Assembly (NCBI GenBank): GCA_009103225.1
Contig: RHPI01001132.1
Location: forward strand, 1-64,000
Direction: 5' to 3'
DNA: 64,000 nt
Source of the DNA: Chlorokybus atmophyticus
Lineage: Eukaryota > Plantae > Mesostigma and Chlorokybus algae
The notes beneath the pieces are model-generated. The model searched no databases and was not told the DNA's origin. It worked only from the letters and a program-made list of their open reading frames with translations. The translations under genes were made by a program, and so were the position numbers. Below are positions 21,917 to 35,600 of the stretch, in pieces (the first letter of the stretch is position 1; the number at the start of each line of letters is the position of its first letter).

Positions 21917-23657
21917 ATGGGCAGCGCACGCATTGCGCGATCCAACTCCAAGTCTTCTGCGATGGCCGATGAGCCTGTTCCAGAAGCTCTAGCCTGCCCC
22001 GTCTGCTTTGAGATTATGTCCGACCCAGTTCTTCTTGAAACCGGTCACTGCTATGATCGCACGTGCATCGAGCAGTGGTTCAGACAAGGGAGCAACACCT
22101 GCCCGCTCACTGGCCAGGTAATTGTGAGCATGCAGGCATGCACGGTTTATGCAAAGTTCAGCACGTACATGCGAGTGTGGCCACGTGCACACGCATGCGC
22201 GCGCTGTGTACATACAGCATACATCCACACGCACCTACGCACGTTTAGACTTCTCTGAGTGAAAGTCAAAAACCTTTTCACAACAGGTTCTACAAGATGT
22301 CAACTTGGTGACGGTTTTACCCTTGAAGCACTTGTGCCAAGACTGGGCTGTAGGGCATGGCGTGAAGCTACCTGTTGCTCCACATGGGCATGCTGCACCG
22401 GTGAAGTCAGTCATCAACAACAACAGTGTTGCCACATGTGCTCCAGCTAGTCCATCACCCATGCTGCAGGTGGTTGTTGATTTTGCTGTTGCATTAGCAG
22501 AGTTGTTGCAAACAAGTATGACATTCGCTTGTGTGTCTTTGCAGGCTGATCAGCTGTCCAAGTATGCCTGTCAGGCCACTTTGCAAGGCCATGTGCATGC
22601 GGTGCATGGCGTCGCAGTCATGCACGGCACCTTGTTGACTGCATCTGCCGATAGTTCCATCAAGGTATTGGTTTTACCTTACTGCATGTGGTCCTGCAGC
22701 GCATATGGCGCCCGTAGCTCAGGTTCATGCAGGTGTGGGTGTGTGATGAAAAGGCCTGGCGCAAAGGCGATGTAGAGTATGAGTGTGTCGCCACGCTGCA
22801 AGGTCACCGCAGCGGCATCACCGCCCTGGTTGCTGGCATTCATACCCTCTACAGCAGCTCCCTTGTAAGCAATATGTTTCTCAATATGCCTTGCCTTGCA
22901 ATGTTGGTTGGCTCACTATCAGTTGTCATGCAGCTTTTGGAGCAGATTAACACAGCCAGCACATTGCCCATGTGTCACACATGTTTGTACTCAGGACCGC
23001 ACAGTAAAGCTGTGGGAGCAGCAATCAAGCCGCCAATGGCAGTGCGTTGAGACATTTACGCATGAACAACCTGTGACGGCCATTGCGCTTTGCGAAGAGC
23101 AGGACTTACTCTTCAGCAACAGTTTGACAAACCTGGTGCATGTGTGGAAGCTATCAACGGGCTCGAAGATTGCAGTGCTTGAAACGCCAAGCGCGGTGCA
23201 GACACTCGCAGCCTCAGCCAGCACGCTCTACTGCGCCTTGCAAGACAACTCCATTGCAATGTGGGCTTTGCCTTTACTGACAGAACAAAACAACACACAA
23301 CACTTCAGTCATGGCTCGCAGATAGCATGCATGGCCGTCGCCCCGAGGAGGCTTTTCTGCGGGACTATGGAGGGTGACATTAAGGTGCATTATTTTGAGG
23401 CCGACGGCACGATAGACGGAACAGCCACCATATCATGTGGACATCCTGTTACATCCTTGTTGCCTGTCGGTACGCTGCTCATTGCCGGGTTGGGCAACGG
23501 GGATGTGGCAGTGTACAGCGTCATTGGGGCTCAGAACCGCCGCACCGTAGCTTATTTTGAAGGCGCTCACAGCTACGGTGCTGTTCTTGCGCTCGCTGTT
23601 GATGGCGAAGTCTTGTTCTCGGGCTCGGAGGATGCCACAGTGAAGGTTTGGCACTAG
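21917..23657 (+). CDS. U-box / WD40-repeat protein (putative E3 ubiquitin ligase)
   Basis: U-box CPVCFEIMSDPVLLETGHCYDRTCIEQWF...CPLTGQ|VLQDVNLVTVLPLKHLCQDW; WD40 repeats (LQGHVHAV...SADSSIKVW; LQGHRSGI...DRTVKLW; SGSEDATVKVWH). The start may instead be ATG 21962. Confidence 0.88.
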
Positions 23658-24831
23658 CGGCGTTGCTTGATTGTTTGAGCGCATCTAGGCAAGCTGCCGC
23701 TGGCAGGCTACTTTGTGGTGTGTGCGTCTTCATGGCCCACGGGTCATGCTCGCCACATAATATGTCGTATATTGTACAGCTTAGTGCTGTTGTGTACCTT
23801 GTTGCATGCAAGTGTTAGACAGAACAACTGCATGTTGTGAGAACCTGCTGCAATTTCCTGATTTGTTGCTTAGCGGTATGTGGTTATTTGTGTCAATGAC
23901 AAGAGATGGTGCATCCTGTTGGTTGTACGAGTGTCTGGCCTTGATGCATCCATTATGCAAGGGGCTGCAGGCTGTACCTATTCACAGAGATGGTAGCAAC
24001 ACAGTGGGTTCCGCACAGTATACAATGAACAAAGGCGGTTTCATGTTTCGAGTGCGACGCACATCGGAGCTGGTAGCAGCCTGGTGGGTTCCGTGAAGTG
24101 TACAATACATAAAGGCAATTGTCATCTAAATGTGACGCACAAGTGCCACTCGTGTACAGGATATATGACATGCTATTAGGCACACGCATGCAATGTGGCA
24201 CAACCACTCAAGCATTTCACGCACACTAGTATACATTTCTCCGTTGTCACCACTGGGCTAATCTTCTGCACTAAACTACCAGTTACTAGCCTTCCCCGCT
24301 AGACATGCATGTACATGCACACGTTTATCATTACCTGCCCACATGGGCTGCTGTTAGTCGCTGGTGTCAACGGGCAGCATGGCAGTCACAATGACGACGA
24401 CTCTTTCCGTTTCGCGTGTTCAAAAGCACAAACTTGAAAATCTTAAGCGTGCTGTGCCATATGCTGGAGACTCTGCTGCTTTAGGAAAGCGTGCTGGTAT
24501 TGCTGATGTAACGTACGGACAAGAGGGGTTGGTGCACAACTTGTCATGTAGTTTATGCCACATTGCCAGACCCAACCGAGAATCGAGCAACCACTGCCAC
24601 GCCTTTGCTCTATCCCAATCATGCCGCCAGTTGAACCCTTGATCACTGCACTGCGAAGAAGATGATAAGTGTAATGTTGTTACACGCCATGCTCAGCACA
24701 CATCCCCCTCTGCATTTGTGCACACGCAATCATGCAGTTGCTCAGCGCCCTCAGGGTTATAGAGTTTTACAAGCGCAGTGGTAGAGCAAATTCTGCCGCT
24801 CCAAATCAATGGCAATATTACATGTGTATGT

Positions 24832-27800
24832 CTACAACACAGACTTGTTGACTAGAGCAACTCGCATGAGCTCCACGACATCTGCAACTGACTTGGACCC
24901 AAGCTCTCCAGCAGCGCGCGTCCGCAGAGTGACCTGCTTGGTCTCGGCCTCCTTCGCGCCGATGATGAGCATGGCGGGTATCTTCTGCGTCTCAGCATTA
25001 CGAATCAACTTCCCTAGACGCTCGCCGCCAGCAACCTCCACTCGGAAGCCCTGCATGGCGGATACAAAATGTCACATGTCATGCGCATCATTAGCAAAGA
25101 ATTCGATAAACAATTACCAAGCCAACAAGTGTCCTACCTGTTTCTTGAGCTCGGCCCGGACTTCTTCGGCATAATCCATCTGGTCGTCTGATACACACAT
25201 GATGCGCGCCTGCACAGGTGCCAACCACAGCGGGAAGTCCCCGGCATAGTTCTCGACGAGCACGCCAAAGAAGCGCTCAATGGAACCCAGCAGGGCACGG
25301 TGAATCATAATGGGCCTCTTCCGCTGCTGGTCGGCATCCACGTACTCCATCTGGAAACGCTCCGGCAGATTGAAGTCAACCTGCAAACATGCGAACAGGT
25401 CACGATAAGGCTTGGCACAAATTGGTAATGCCATCTACCAAGCAAAGGAATGCTTTCACTCATAACATAGTATACACAAATGCATGACGGCAACTTGACT
25501 ATCACTCACTTGAATGGTTGAGCACTGCCAGTAGCGTCCAATGGCATCCCGAATCTTGATATCAATCTTCGGACCATAGAACGCGCCGCCGCCAGCATCA
25601 ACCTTGTATTCCCAGCCTTTGCTCGCAAGAGCCTCCTGGAGTGCCGATGTGGCGAGCTCCCATATCTCATCCGAACCAACAGACTTCTCCGGTCTTGTAG
25701 AAAGGTTCACCTCAAAGGTCTTGAACCCGAAGGCGGACAGCACTTCCTCAACCAGATTCAGCACGCCAAGGATCTCGGGAGCAATTTGGTTGGGAAGACA
25801 GAAAATGTGGGCATCATCCTGATGAAGTACAATGGATCAATGGCTGCCGTACACAAACGTTCGTTGCATGAAACCCATGCCATAACATGCAACCCACATG
25901 TGTCACAACATTGACGACATAACTCAACAGTGTCACTCATTTGTGACATAATCACAGCATAGCTGATCCATCAAGATCAACGTCACAAATAATATACCTG
26001 TGTGAAGCCGCGGACTCGGAAGAGGCCGTGCATGGTGCCCGACCGTTCATAACGATACACTGTGCCCAGTTCAGCCCACCGGATGGGCAGCTGCCTATGA
26101 GACCTGAGCGTGTCCTTGTAAATGGCTATGTGGAATGGGCAGTTCATTGGCCGAAGCTGGTACTGCTCATCGTCGACTTGGATGGGGTTGAACATGCTCT
26201 CGCTGTAGAAGTCAAAGTGGCCGGAAGTCTTCCAAAGGTCCAGCTTTGCCACATGGGGAGTATACAACAAGTCGTACCTGTAGATGCATACACAAGTTGT
26301 GTACACGAACATGCCGCACTCAAACATAGCTATGTGTATGAGCTCGGCATTATGTACCCTCGGTCCATATGCTTTTCTTTCCAGTATGTCTCAATGATGT
26401 TCCTAATCAGCGCGCCCTTGGGATGCCAGAAGACGAGTCCGCCGCCCACGTCCTCTTGCAAAGAAAACAGATTCAAGTCTTGACCAATCCTCCTATGGTC
26501 TCGCCGCTTAGCCTCCTCCTTTTGTACTTGGTACGCCAGCAACTGTTCCTTGCTCTCCCAAGCTGCGTATAATACCATGAACTGTTGAAGTTTACATCAT
26601 GATACACCACTCCCTTGCAGCAGTGATCAACAAAACCCGTTGGCAACATTTGCATCTACACTCACCTGTGCCGTATATGCGCTGCAACATAGCGTTCTTC
26701 TCATCACCGCGCCAGTACGCCCCCGCAACGCTTTCAAGCTCAAAGCCGTCCGCCGGGAGATCCTTGGTTGTTTCCACATGCGGTCCAGCGCACAGGTCCC
26801 ACCATTCATCTCCTGTTGATAAGTATCAACTCAGATGGAGTTGACAAAATCAATTACTCGCCGCAAGGGATGATGCCAACATTAAACGATTACAACATGC
26901 ATGTCAACAGCTCTCGAGTGCACTGTGTAAGAGCGCCAGTAACTCACCAATATGGTAGATAGTGATGGGCTCCGTCTTGATGCTATCAAGAAGTTCCAGC
27001 TTGTACGGCTCGTTAATGGACTTTATCCTAGCAGCAGCTTCTTCGCGCGAAACCTCCTCTCTTCGTAGCGGCAGATTGCGCTTGATAATCTTTTTCTGCA
27101 AGGCACCATCTGCATGAGACACAGGCAAATGATTGTTGCAACTTGCAAGTCAGGTGTTCATTTGCAGCCACTGAAGCACCATACCTACAGTGCACTGAAT
27201 CACCCCAGTTACGTAGGTCACACTGGCTACATATAACAACCGGCAGAACCTCTAACTAAACAAAGTAAGTGTGGTTTATTTCCCCTGCTGGTTGTTATGT
27301 TGTGTATGCAACAATCATTGACATACAACTATTTCTCACCATCTCTTTTTCAATCTTTCTCAAGTCCTTGTCTGTGAACGGCTCTGGCAAATCAAAGTCA
27401 TAGTAAAACCCCTTATCGATCCACGGGCCAATCGTCACTTGAGCCTTTGGAAACAGCTTTTGCACAGCCATAGCCATGACATGCGCACTCTGCACAAACC
27501 AACATATCCATTATTCAAGCTCCATTGCAGGCATGCGCATTGCTACAACCAGTAGGAATGACAAATACTTACAGTGTGGCGAATTCGCAGCAAGTGATCT
27601 GACTCTTCATTGGTAGGCAAGTGAACCATTGGCGCTGCTTCCTCTTTCGGGGCTTTCACCACAGGCTCTCGTTCCACAACCTCCTCCACAGCTTGTGTGG
27701 CAAACACACGCAACCCGCGTGACCTCTTTAGAGCCTTCTAATGAACAGAAACAACAGCGAGTCACTGGCATTGCGGCGCGACTACCACTTGCAACAGAAC

Positions 27801-28616
27801 TGCATGCACGCTTCCAATTACGGGAGCTTACTTGAGCCGACAGCGGTGTGGTAGTCACGAGTGGTCCGGGAAATTCCCTGCATCTGCAATAGTAGCATTG
27901 TTGGTAATGGCACCCACAAACACACGTGTGTGTGCGCGCGCATGTGCGAGCACACGCACATGCGCAAAACACACACATGCCCGCCTTCACACACCCTCGC
28001 CCCAACCCCCACGTACACCTGTAATAACATGTCTGCGAGTCTAAGTCTAAGTCATCTGCTTAATTACCGACAACTGCTAAGGTGCAAACACACAACGCTT
28101 AGCGCAAGACTTCACACGCTGAATTCCATATCATCACTCACCTCAAGTCGCGTTTTTTTTCCATTATACGAAATTGATTACATGTGGCTTGCAGTTTAGT
28201 TTCTGAACTTGTCATCTTACTGTTGCAAAAGCATACAGATGGCACGCCATGCGTACATCACAAGCTGATTGGATCGGAAAAGCTCTGAACACTCAGTTGC
28301 TAATATCACTCGACAGAAATTGTTGACTGGTGCTGCGAACTGTGTACGCAATGTCAGTGTCGTAATGTTGTGTAGAGGGCAACGCGATAGTAGCCACAGC
28401 TCAACGCACAGCTGGCAACGCCGTGCGGAAGCATTCTACTGAGCTCACTCACCTAAGAGACGAGCTAGGCGACGACGACACAGAAGCAGCCGTCGTCGCT
28501 GCGGCAGCAACACTGCGTTGATGGAGCGCACGACGCAGCAGGCGGGGCGCCGCCGCCCTTAAACCGGGCATTGCTGCGGCGGTGGTGGCGGCGGCCGCCG
28601 AGCCGGCGCCCGGCAT
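24832..28616 (-). CDS. thrS: Threonyl-tRNA synthetase, organellar type, multi-exon
   Basis: Ala/Arg/Ser-rich presequence; [63 protein letters not shown]|[28 protein letters not shown], anticodon-binding C-terminus. Confidence 0.95.
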
Positions 28617-29314
28617 GCTGCCGAAGTGCTCAGGGCCAGAACAGCACTGTTCCCTTACACAGAGCCTATATCCACCAACTAACGCCCAGCTTAATTACCC
28701 ATCCACGATGCTGAGCTACACCCTTGTCAAAGCCACTGCCGTCACCACCGCCACCGCCGACAACGCTAACCACAAGCACGCAGCTGCCGCCGCAAAGCTT
28801 CCACCCGCGTAACGTTAGCAGCCAGAAAATTGTCACTAATCAAGGCAGAAGTGTCTCCAACATTGCCGCACGTACTTTACCTCACGTCAGCTTTTAACGT
28901 GGAGCTATGTGGACTCTGCTTTCGGCATTGATTCAAGCATGAAATGCCCTTCATGTAGCGATACGCACAAGCAATGCGCACAAAGAGACTTCCTGTGCGC
29001 GTATCGCACGTCAAGTCTAAACCTGCCACATCAGCTGAAGATTTAGCTAAAGCATTTTACTGTAGAATAAGCGAAGCGGCGGCGGCGGTGTTGGCGGACA
29101 AGGAAGAGGAGGCGGCGGACATACCCAAGGGCTAGGACGTGTGTGGAGCCTGTGGCTTGGACTTGTGAAACGAGTGGCAGTGGTTGGAGTAGTAGACATT
29201 CGGCGTCAGCTGAGAGTGGGTGGCGGCTGCATGGGGTAGGCGTTGTGGGCGGCGACGGTGGTGTGGTCATTGTAGTTGTCAGGGGAGTTGTGTGTCAGGA
29301 TGTTGGCTGGACCC

Positions 29315-30553
29315 ATGAGCAGTAAACCTCCCACACCGCGGGAGGGCCTGGGAGACATGCCGAAAGTCGTGCTGTATGCACCAGACGCCACAAAGGTAGC
29401 TCAAACAGCAATGTTGCAGATCAACCACTGTGTAGATGCCAGGGATTAGCCTCGCTTGCATGTAGTTGACCGGCAACTTGGTTGTCTATAGCATATTTGT
29501 GGCTGTTGCGTATGTTGGTGAGACGTTCGCGCCTTCCATTCACTTTTTCTTGAAGTTGTCTTTGGAGTTCTATGTCTTTCCATGTGCATGCGTGCGTGCT
29601 TGTGTGTGCTTGAGTGTGCTTGTGTGTCGCATACTTTGTGACGCTAGTTAACGTCCGTGCTGCCTTTTGGTTACGTATGTTGTCTTGATGTTCTCCCCTT
29701 CTTTTCTGAGGCGTGCGGGTGAGGGCGGCAGGGAGGGGGAGAGGCAGATTATGAGGATGTCATTGAGTGAAGGGTTATGTGTGTGCTTTTGTGTCTGTGT
29801 GCGTCTGATCAACTGTGATGCATTGCTGTCTACACGCTGGTTGACAAGCTGCGCTTAACGCATATGTACAAGTGTTGACCAAAGTCTCATAACTGGTCTT
29901 CAAATGTCAGGGGGAAGGGCAGTATCTGGAAAGCGAGCCGAGGGGTGCCATGCCGCCAGCAGGCTCAGCAGCGGGGGCGGATGTACTCACAGGTGTGGAC
30001 GTCATGTCCGTGATTGGTGGCCCGATATGCACGCATCCGCAGGCGAGTCACTTCTCGTGACATGTGTGCATGCGTTTGTGTGTGTGCGCGCGCGTGCGGG
30101 CGCTAAACAAGCATTTGCGTGCACATTGGTCACACATTTACAGTGATTCATGTCTCAGCACTGGCGCACACACACATGCGCGTATGCCTTTGTTGCCAGT
30201 CCGTAGGTATGCCCACATGTGAGTATATGTGCGGCTGCTGCTAGGTACTATGCATAGTGCATAGAGCACGCCCTCATGCATTTACACTCACAAGGTCTTT
30301 GTGTATGTGTGCACACACGTGTTCGAGCTCTGTAGCATGCTTGCTTCTTTTTGAGAACAGTTGTACCAACTTCCTCATCGCTCCACAGGCTTACAGGAAA
30401 GCGCAGCGGACGGCTAAGGGCGTGCTGTTAGGTATAGTGTGCTTCCCGACGGTGCTGAACGGGTGCTGCCTGTATCACAGAGTATGCTGCACTGCATGTG
30501 GGAAGGTCATTGCCACGCGCAACTTTGACGGCAGCTGGAATGAGGACTACTGA
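29315..30553 (+). CDS. BRI3/LITAF-like small Cys-rich membrane protein (exons 29315-29395, 29911-30042, 30389-30553)
   Basis: In-frame splicing, second intron GC-AG; VIGGPICTHP...GVLLGIVCFPTVLNGCC...CCTACG resembles BRI3-type C-x-x-H/C - hydrophobic hairpin - CxxC domains. Confidence 0.6.
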
Positions 30554-31228
30554 GGGGGTAGGGGAGATGGTACAGTATCGCTGTGTGCTAGAAATTGTTG
30601 TTTTGTACAATACTGCTGTTTGCTGGGGGGTCATGGCACATCTGGCTCGAGTCTTCTTATTGTTGCAGTTGTTATTATAGTAGACTCGGCCCATAAACAG
30701 ACAGACAGCACATTTGTACATTTTGCAGCGTAGTATAATTGTGACGGCCTCAGTTGAATATGTTGTATCCTCTGCGGGCTGCATGGATGGTCCTTGGTAG
30801 TGAAGTTAGGTAGTAAATAACTTGCTCCAACTGTTCTTTGTTCGACATGGCGTGTGATGCTGCTTTGATGCTCATTCATGCAGGCCACAATATGCATGCG
30901 CATGGTGTACCGGTATTACGAGCGCCTGTGTTTGAAGGCGTGAACACTCCGTAAACAACAAGTGGTTGTCCACACAACAAGGCCACGGCACGTCATGAAT
31001 TTGTTGCACATGTGTCAAACACACGTACTCCTGTAGTCTTCGGGTCTGTTGGTTGCTGCCTGTACTGCCCTTGCCTCCACTTTTGCACATAGAGCACATG
31101 GAATGCTTCATACTTGGCCAGGCAGTGACCTCGGGTGCCTTCCAGTTTGTGCCTGCCCGCGCTGCCTTGCATGTGATGTTTGGCGGACTTCATACCTATT
31201 TTAATGTGAACTTTAATGTGAACTTTGC

Positions 31229-31354
31229 GTGTGCTGATCAGCATTGGTCATGCCAAACCACGTGTGGCTGGCAGTAACAGTGCAAGCCATGTGTGCTGTA
31301 TCAGCATTGGTCATGCCAAACCACGTGTGACTGGCAGTAACAGTGCAAGCCATG
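31229..31354. repeat. 63-bp tandem duplication (2 copies)
   Basis: ATCAGCATTGGTCATGCCAAACCACGTGTG(G/A)CTGGCAGTAACAGTGCAAGCCATG at 31237 and 31300. Confidence 0.9.
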
Positions 31355-32613
31355 AAGTTGACAAAACATATCTAATTGTTGGTGCGCACGCAAGCATACA
31401 AAGCACTAAAGCACACTTTGTGGGAGTGTACTTTAGTGGCAGCCGCACGAATCACACATGGAATTTGAATCACTAAACGGAAAGCATGACGCATGTCTGA
31501 ATCACACAATCATCTGACTTGCACCTCGACGCAGAGGCAAAGCGGAGAAGGCCAGAGAAGCAAGGCAGTGTTTTATGACTGTTACTGTTGATGTGGCAGT
31601 CATCGTCATCAGCGGCGGCGGCGGTGAAAGCGGCGGCGGTTGGGGCGCCTGCTGTCAAGGTACAGAGGTAGGAGCTTGCTTTTCGTTGTGCGGACGGCAG
31701 TACACGCCATAGACGTCTGACAGCGTCTGGCCAGCTGCAGCGGCTGGTTGTGCTGTTTACAAGCCCCCCCTCAGTGTGATGGGTGTGTGTTGCTGCTTGT
31801 TGCTGCCTCCATGTGCATGCTGCATGGATTGATGAAGCGAGTGCATTGTTAGTAATCAATCATGCTGGTTAGGGTTCAATGGTTGGTCGACTGTGCTTGC
31901 CGGGGTCTTGTTTGCAGCGGGCTCCAGGATGTAGTTAGCACCCATGTAACACCACCATATTAACTGCCTTATTGTGTTGTACCAGCTCCGTCTGAGGGGT
32001 GTAGCGTGGCTCCATCTGCCTACAATTTGCCCCCAACTGGCATTCTGCAAGCTTCATGCTCTGTCACTCCCAGGTACAAGCAGGTTTTCCTCTTGCTGTT
32101 TGCTAATCTGGCGGTTGTGGTACGCAGTGCAAGCTTCGGCTAACTTTGAGCAGGACTACTTGCTTCTTTGACTGTAAACACTTGCATGCTGTAGAGTCTG
32201 CTGCGAAGCACAATCAGAGCTACAACTGTTCATCCCAGCCAGCTGCTGCTGGTTCACCGCCGCGGCTCGCTTAAGCCAGCCCATCAAGCTGTAAAAAGGT
32301 ATGGACAAAAGAAAGCTGAACAAATCTAGTCAGTTTGTGTGCGTGTGGTCAGATATGTTCAGTCCACCGTTTCAATACATCTGGGATTGTGTGTAGCATG
32401 CAGCATATCATGTAGTGCTATATATGACTTGTGTGTAGCACGCGTTCACAGTGTGCTACAGTCACGCTCACCTTCTTGTATGCTACAATGCCTTGGAGTA
32501 TCTTACACACAACAACACGGTCCAGGTTGCCGCAGTCAACATCCATCTCCTGCACACACACCGCATCACCACCAACATCATCACCCTCCTTCTCCTCAAC
32601 ATCCCCTCCGAAC

Positions 32614-35600
32614 ATGGCCTTCGATATCCCGCCCTACCCGCTGGCAAGGAGAGACGAGTCGGTCGTGGACACCCTGCACGGGCAAGCTGTCGCGGACCCG
32701 TACCGATGGCTTGAAGACCCGGATGCGCCCGAGACGAAAGTTTTTGTGGAGGCTCAGAGTGCAGTCACGCAGAAGGTGTGCACAGGCGTTAATGATGATG
32801 ATGCTTGAGATCAGTGTGTTGACTTTGGGTCAACCAGCTGGTCAGTATGGTTTGTGATGAGCTTGTATGAGCTTGTGATTACAGTCTCACCCACACGTAC
32901 GCGCGCATGCACGCATGCGCATACACGCACACATGCATATGTTAGCTCAAAAGCTACATGTGTAAGTTAGCAATTGCTTTGCAGTTTGGTGAGATTGCAG
33001 TTGTGTCATACAGGTGTTGAGTCAGTGCCCAACGAGAGATCAGTTCAAGCAGAAGATGACACGGCTGTTCGACTATCCCAAATACGGTTGCCCTTTCCGC
33101 CGCGGGGACAGCTACTTCTACTTCTTCAACACCGGCCTGCAAGCGCAAAGCGTGTTGTATTCAGTCAAAGGTCTGGGCAACGTACAAGCATTCCATGCCT
33201 TGCATACGACTCTTCTCTGTGACCTTTGGCTATTCTTCTCAACCTGGCTTGGACATGTGTGCATTTGCATGGACATGTGCTTGCGTCTGTGCGGCATTGG
33301 ATGGGTATCGCATGTGTGTGTGTGCACGCGCGCATACACACACGCGTGTCCATGTGTATGTGCATGCCCACATGCGTGTGTGCGGATGCGTGCTTGTTCA
33401 CACTATACGCATTCGCAACAGGTGATGATGCACGGTCAGAGGAGGCAGCGGCTGTGCTGCTTGACCCCAACGCCCTCTCTTCGGACGGTACGATAGCGCT
33501 GGCGAGTTACGACATCAGCCGAGACGGTCGACACCTCGCGTATGGCCTCAGCAGCGGCGGGAGCGACTGGCAGACACTGCACGTCATGAGGGTGGAGGGA
33601 AGGGAGGTTATGGAGGACACACTCGCCTGGGTACTGAAGGGTTGCGGTGGTTGTTGTTGTTGTTGTTGTGTCATTGCTGGTGATGGCGTTACATTGTCCT
33701 CCAGCTGTATCAAGTTATTGCCATCAGATGTTTCTGTTATATTTGCGAGGTTGATCGTAAAGCTCGTTGCGCATGTTTGCAATAATGTCTTGAAGATCAT
33801 GTGACACATAATGCATATGTGGCTTTGGTGGCTCGAGTTGATACGTTGTGGCACAAGTCCTTCTTGTGACACATATTGCATACGTGTGCCAGGCCAAGTT
33901 CACGTCTCCAACATGGACGCACGACAGCAAGGGCTTCTTCTACAATCGGTTTCCGGAGCCCAGCGGCGGCGAGGCTGTTGACGCCGGCACCGAGACAGAC
34001 ACAAATGTCAACCAGGTGAAGTTGGCGTTGATGGCGTGTCGACATACCACACGGCAACAAATGCAGTGCTTATTACATGATACCAACAATGGTATCAACA
34101 CCTCCAGGAGCTTTGGTACCACTTGTTGGGCACGCCGCAAAGTGAAGACGTGCTCTGCTATAGAATTCCGGAGCACCCGACGTGGATGACAGGATCCACC
34201 GTAACCGATGATGGCAGGTAGTTGATGCATGCTGTTTGTTGCTATAATTGGTTCAGTCACGCGTGCACGCTTGCGCACACACACAGAACAGGCATAGAGC
34301 AGGTGTGGTCACAACTGTGACTTGCTTACCCTGATAGTTGTGGGCAGGTATTTGGTGCTGTCCATCACCGAAGGCTGCCAACCCACCAACCGACTATACT
34401 ACTGTGACCTCGAGGTGCCAACAAACTACTGTGTTTGTTGTGTTTGTTGCTATGTGATTACATTCGTACCAGTAGAACACAAAAGAGCTGTTTGGTTACC
34501 ACACGTCCAATTTATGTCCATGTTGTGTCACGAACATTTGTGTCCTAGCCTGAGTTCTGATCTGTTGCTTCTTCTCAGGCCTTGCCAGGCGGTCTGGAGG
34601 GGTTGCGAGGCTCAGACAAACTCCTGCCCGTTGTAAAGCTCGTGGACAACTTTGACGCGCAGTATGACTACAGTTACGTTTCTCAACAATCTGTGCTTTT
34701 GTGTGCAGTATGTGTCAGCGACACTCACATGCTTGCCTGCATATTGCACAACATGCAGACACAACGTTTGTGCCCATGCACAGTCATACTAGCATACTCG
34801 TCAAGTGTTGTCCGCCCACTAGGTTGCACACGTAGTGGTGTGCGTGCGCATGCGTGTGCACGCACACCACTACACGGTCAGTGCTGCATCCTGTGCACTA
34901 CAGGCACATACGTGGCCATGCATGTTGTTATGCACAGGTACAGTCTCACACAAGTCTGTTGCTGCGCTGCAGTTGCTAACGACGGTGCCGAGTTCACATT
35001 CCACACCAACAAAGACGCGCCGCTCTACAAGGTTGTGAGGGTCGACCTCAAGGCGAAGGAGCCCGAGTGGCGTGATGTAATCGAGCAGCACGCATCAGGT
35101 GGGGAACACATTGTTGTCGGAGCTGTTGTAGCACACCATTCCGCACAAGACCACTCAAGTGTGTTTCACGCGCAGATGTGTTGGAGTGGGCGCGGTGCGT
35201 GGCAAACGACAAGCTGCTGTTGTGCTATCTTCATGACGTAAAGAACATCCTGCAGCTTCACAGGCAAGTGCGCTGCAGCTATGCTTCACTCTCAATTGTT
35301 GGGTACCATCCTTTCTATCTTTTATCAACTGGACAACGTACGTAGTGAACACTTACTCACACAAGTTGCTGCATCAGCTGGCGTTGATGTGCACTTCAAA
35401 GTTGTGCCCAGTCATCTGCATACAGCAGGCATAACAAAGAGTTTCTAACATGTGTCATGTGTGTAGGCTATCTGGGAGTTTGGACCGACCGATCCCACTT
35501 GACATTGGCTCGGTTGGGTCCGTCACTGGCAGGCGTGAAGACACAACAATCTTCTACAGCTTCACATCCTTCACACGGCCGGTACGAGACATTATTCTGG

